Assembly (NCBI RefSeq): GCF_963921235.1 | Contig: NC_086097.1 | Location: 16,988,001 to 17,052,000, forward strand | Direction of reading: 5' to 3' | Source of the DNA: Mobula hypostoma | Taxonomy: Eukaryota | Length of the DNA stretch: 64,000 nucleotides | In this document: positions 62,382 through 64,000 of the stretch, one piece after another | Layout of the letters: the number at the start of each line of letters is the position of its first letter | How positions within the stretch are numbered: position 1 is the first letter of the stretch | The notes under the pieces: model-generated | Told to the model about the DNA's origin: nothing | Databases searched by the model: none | The model's input: only the letters and a program-made list of their open reading frames with translations | Position numbers and translations under genes: made by a program

Positions 62382-64000
62382 ACACCACTTTCATTTTCTG
62401 CTGGAGGGTTGCCATTTCACATTGTTTGTTGACCACAAACGCTTGGTGCATGCGGTGGCCAAAATATCAGACCCTTGGCCTGCACGGCAGCAGTGCCAAC
62501 TAGCTTACGTATCAGAGTTCACAATGAACTCTGGGGAAAAATAATGCCATGAGGCCATGGTACGGCCAGCTATTGAGGCCATACACACAGGGGTTGACTA
62601 TGCCGGCCTGGTGGCCAGCCAAGCTACTGACCCAAAGGCCCAGGCTTACCGAACAGCAGTCACGGGTCTGCAGTTGGCTGACATTAAGTTCATGGAAAGC
62701 CAGGGTTTCTGTCTTGTGCGATTTCTCAGCTGGTCAGCCTCGCTCCATAGCGCCTGTCAACTGGAGGCAGACTGCTTTCGACTCCATATATGCCCTCTCA
62801 CTTCTGGACCGGAAGGCCTCTGGTTGAACTGAAGTTTGTGTGGCAGGGTCTTAGAAAGAACGTGTGGGATTGGAGTGCAGCCTGTGTGAAATGCCAGCGG
62901 GCAAAAATTAACTGTGATGTTCAGGTTCCATTGGCACCTTTGAGGTCCCTGAGTGATAGTCTGGATATGTCAATGTGGACCTTGATGGTCCTTTTCCCCC
63001 TCCTGCGGTTTCACGCACCTCCTTGCCATGGTAGACCATACCACCCGGTGGCCCGAGGTCATCCCTCTAGTATCAACGACAACACAGATGTGACTCAGGC
63101 ATTCGTCAGCACCTGAGTTGCTCAGTTTGGCACCCATCTGATATTTCCTCTGACCACAGTCCCAATTCATATCAGACCTCAGGGCTACAATGTCTCAGAA
63201 CCTCGGCATTAAGCTACATCACACCACAACGTATCACCTGCAGCCTAATGACCTGTGCAAGCAGTTTCAACGCTCCTTAAATACTGCTCTGAGGGCTTCC
63301 CTGAAGGATGAGTGTTGGCATAATCATCTCCCGTGGGCCCTGCTGGGGCTCAGAACAGCTCCAAAAGAGGATCTACAGTCGTCCCTGGTTGAGTTGGAAT
63401 ACGGGCAGCCATTACGAGTGCCAGGTAATTTTATTCCTGACATTGCGGCTGCCTGATCAGCCCCTCACCAGCGTTCCACCCTCCTCAGTAAATACAATTT
63501 CTTTGCACCGATTCCTACCTCCCATTATGGCGAGCAGCACTCTGGTTCCTGTTGACCTGCATTCCACCTCGTTTGTTTTTGTCCGCCATATTGCACAGCA
63601 ACATCCTTTAAGCCCCCTTATGCTCGCCCATTCCGTGTTATGGAATGGAGCGAAAAGACTTTTATTATGGATAAGAGGGGTAAACCTGAATGTATGGTAT
63701 TTTGGTAGATCACCTTAAACTGGCTCACCAAGATTTGGAGGATTCTGCTACCATGCTCCTGTCAACACAACTTGACCATGAGTGTGTCAACACACCTTGG
63801 CCGGAGGCCTCTGCTGTTCCTTCACCCATGGAACATAGATCCCAAACTGGCTGGCTTGTCTGAGTACCGGGCAGGCTCACAATACCTGTTTTCATGAATC
63901 CTGTCGGGGCCTGTGTAGGGTAATGTGATTGGTGGAAACATACATAATCATAACTACCATCACTAAGTTGGTGTCACTTTAAGAGGCTGGTCTGATGTGA

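Larger units (their letters stand above)
55887..64000 (+). mobile_element. Gypsy LTR retrotransposon, decayed, with four nested insertions; 3' LTR runs off the window
   Basis: 5' LTR 55887-56095 (TG..CA) then PBS-like 'tgatgaccccga'; gag 'FWEQNAVAWFVQAKAQF'; protease 'DTGAQVSVL'; RT 'HGVEHHIST..SSWVSPLYIVPK'; RNaseH 'VDTSDYAVGA'; integrase 'LPWALLGLRTAPKEDL'; 3' LTR starts at 63914. Confidence 0.92.

Overview
This is eukaryotic DNA, most likely from a cartilaginous fish (ray/shark). That call is inferred from the repeat mix of CR1, Rex1/Babar-like, RTE, Penelope-like elements, V-SINE/HE1-like SINEs and Gypsy. The window looks intronic or intergenic and is dominated by decayed, often nested transposable elements; almost every ORF in the track is a TE fragment or its antisense shadow. 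No intact, recognisable host protein-coding gene, rRNA, tRNA or CRISPR array is supported. Main structures: (1) three Penelope-like (RT + GIY-YIG) insertions with 14-16 bp TSDs whose 3' tails carry minimal hammerhead ribozyme motifs, two of them with an inverted terminal arm starting at the same breakpoint, plus many short derivatives of that tail; (2) a nest of CR1 > RTE > (two inverted Rex1-like copies sharing a frameshift, plus a Penelope element); (3) two Gypsy LTR elements, one internally deleted and one carrying four nested insertions; (4) a Harbinger-like non-autonomous transposon and an 80-bp hAT MITE; (5) a few low-confidence + strand exon candidates of an unidentified spliced transcript. 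Coordinates of decayed repeat ends are approximate unless a TSD is quoted.
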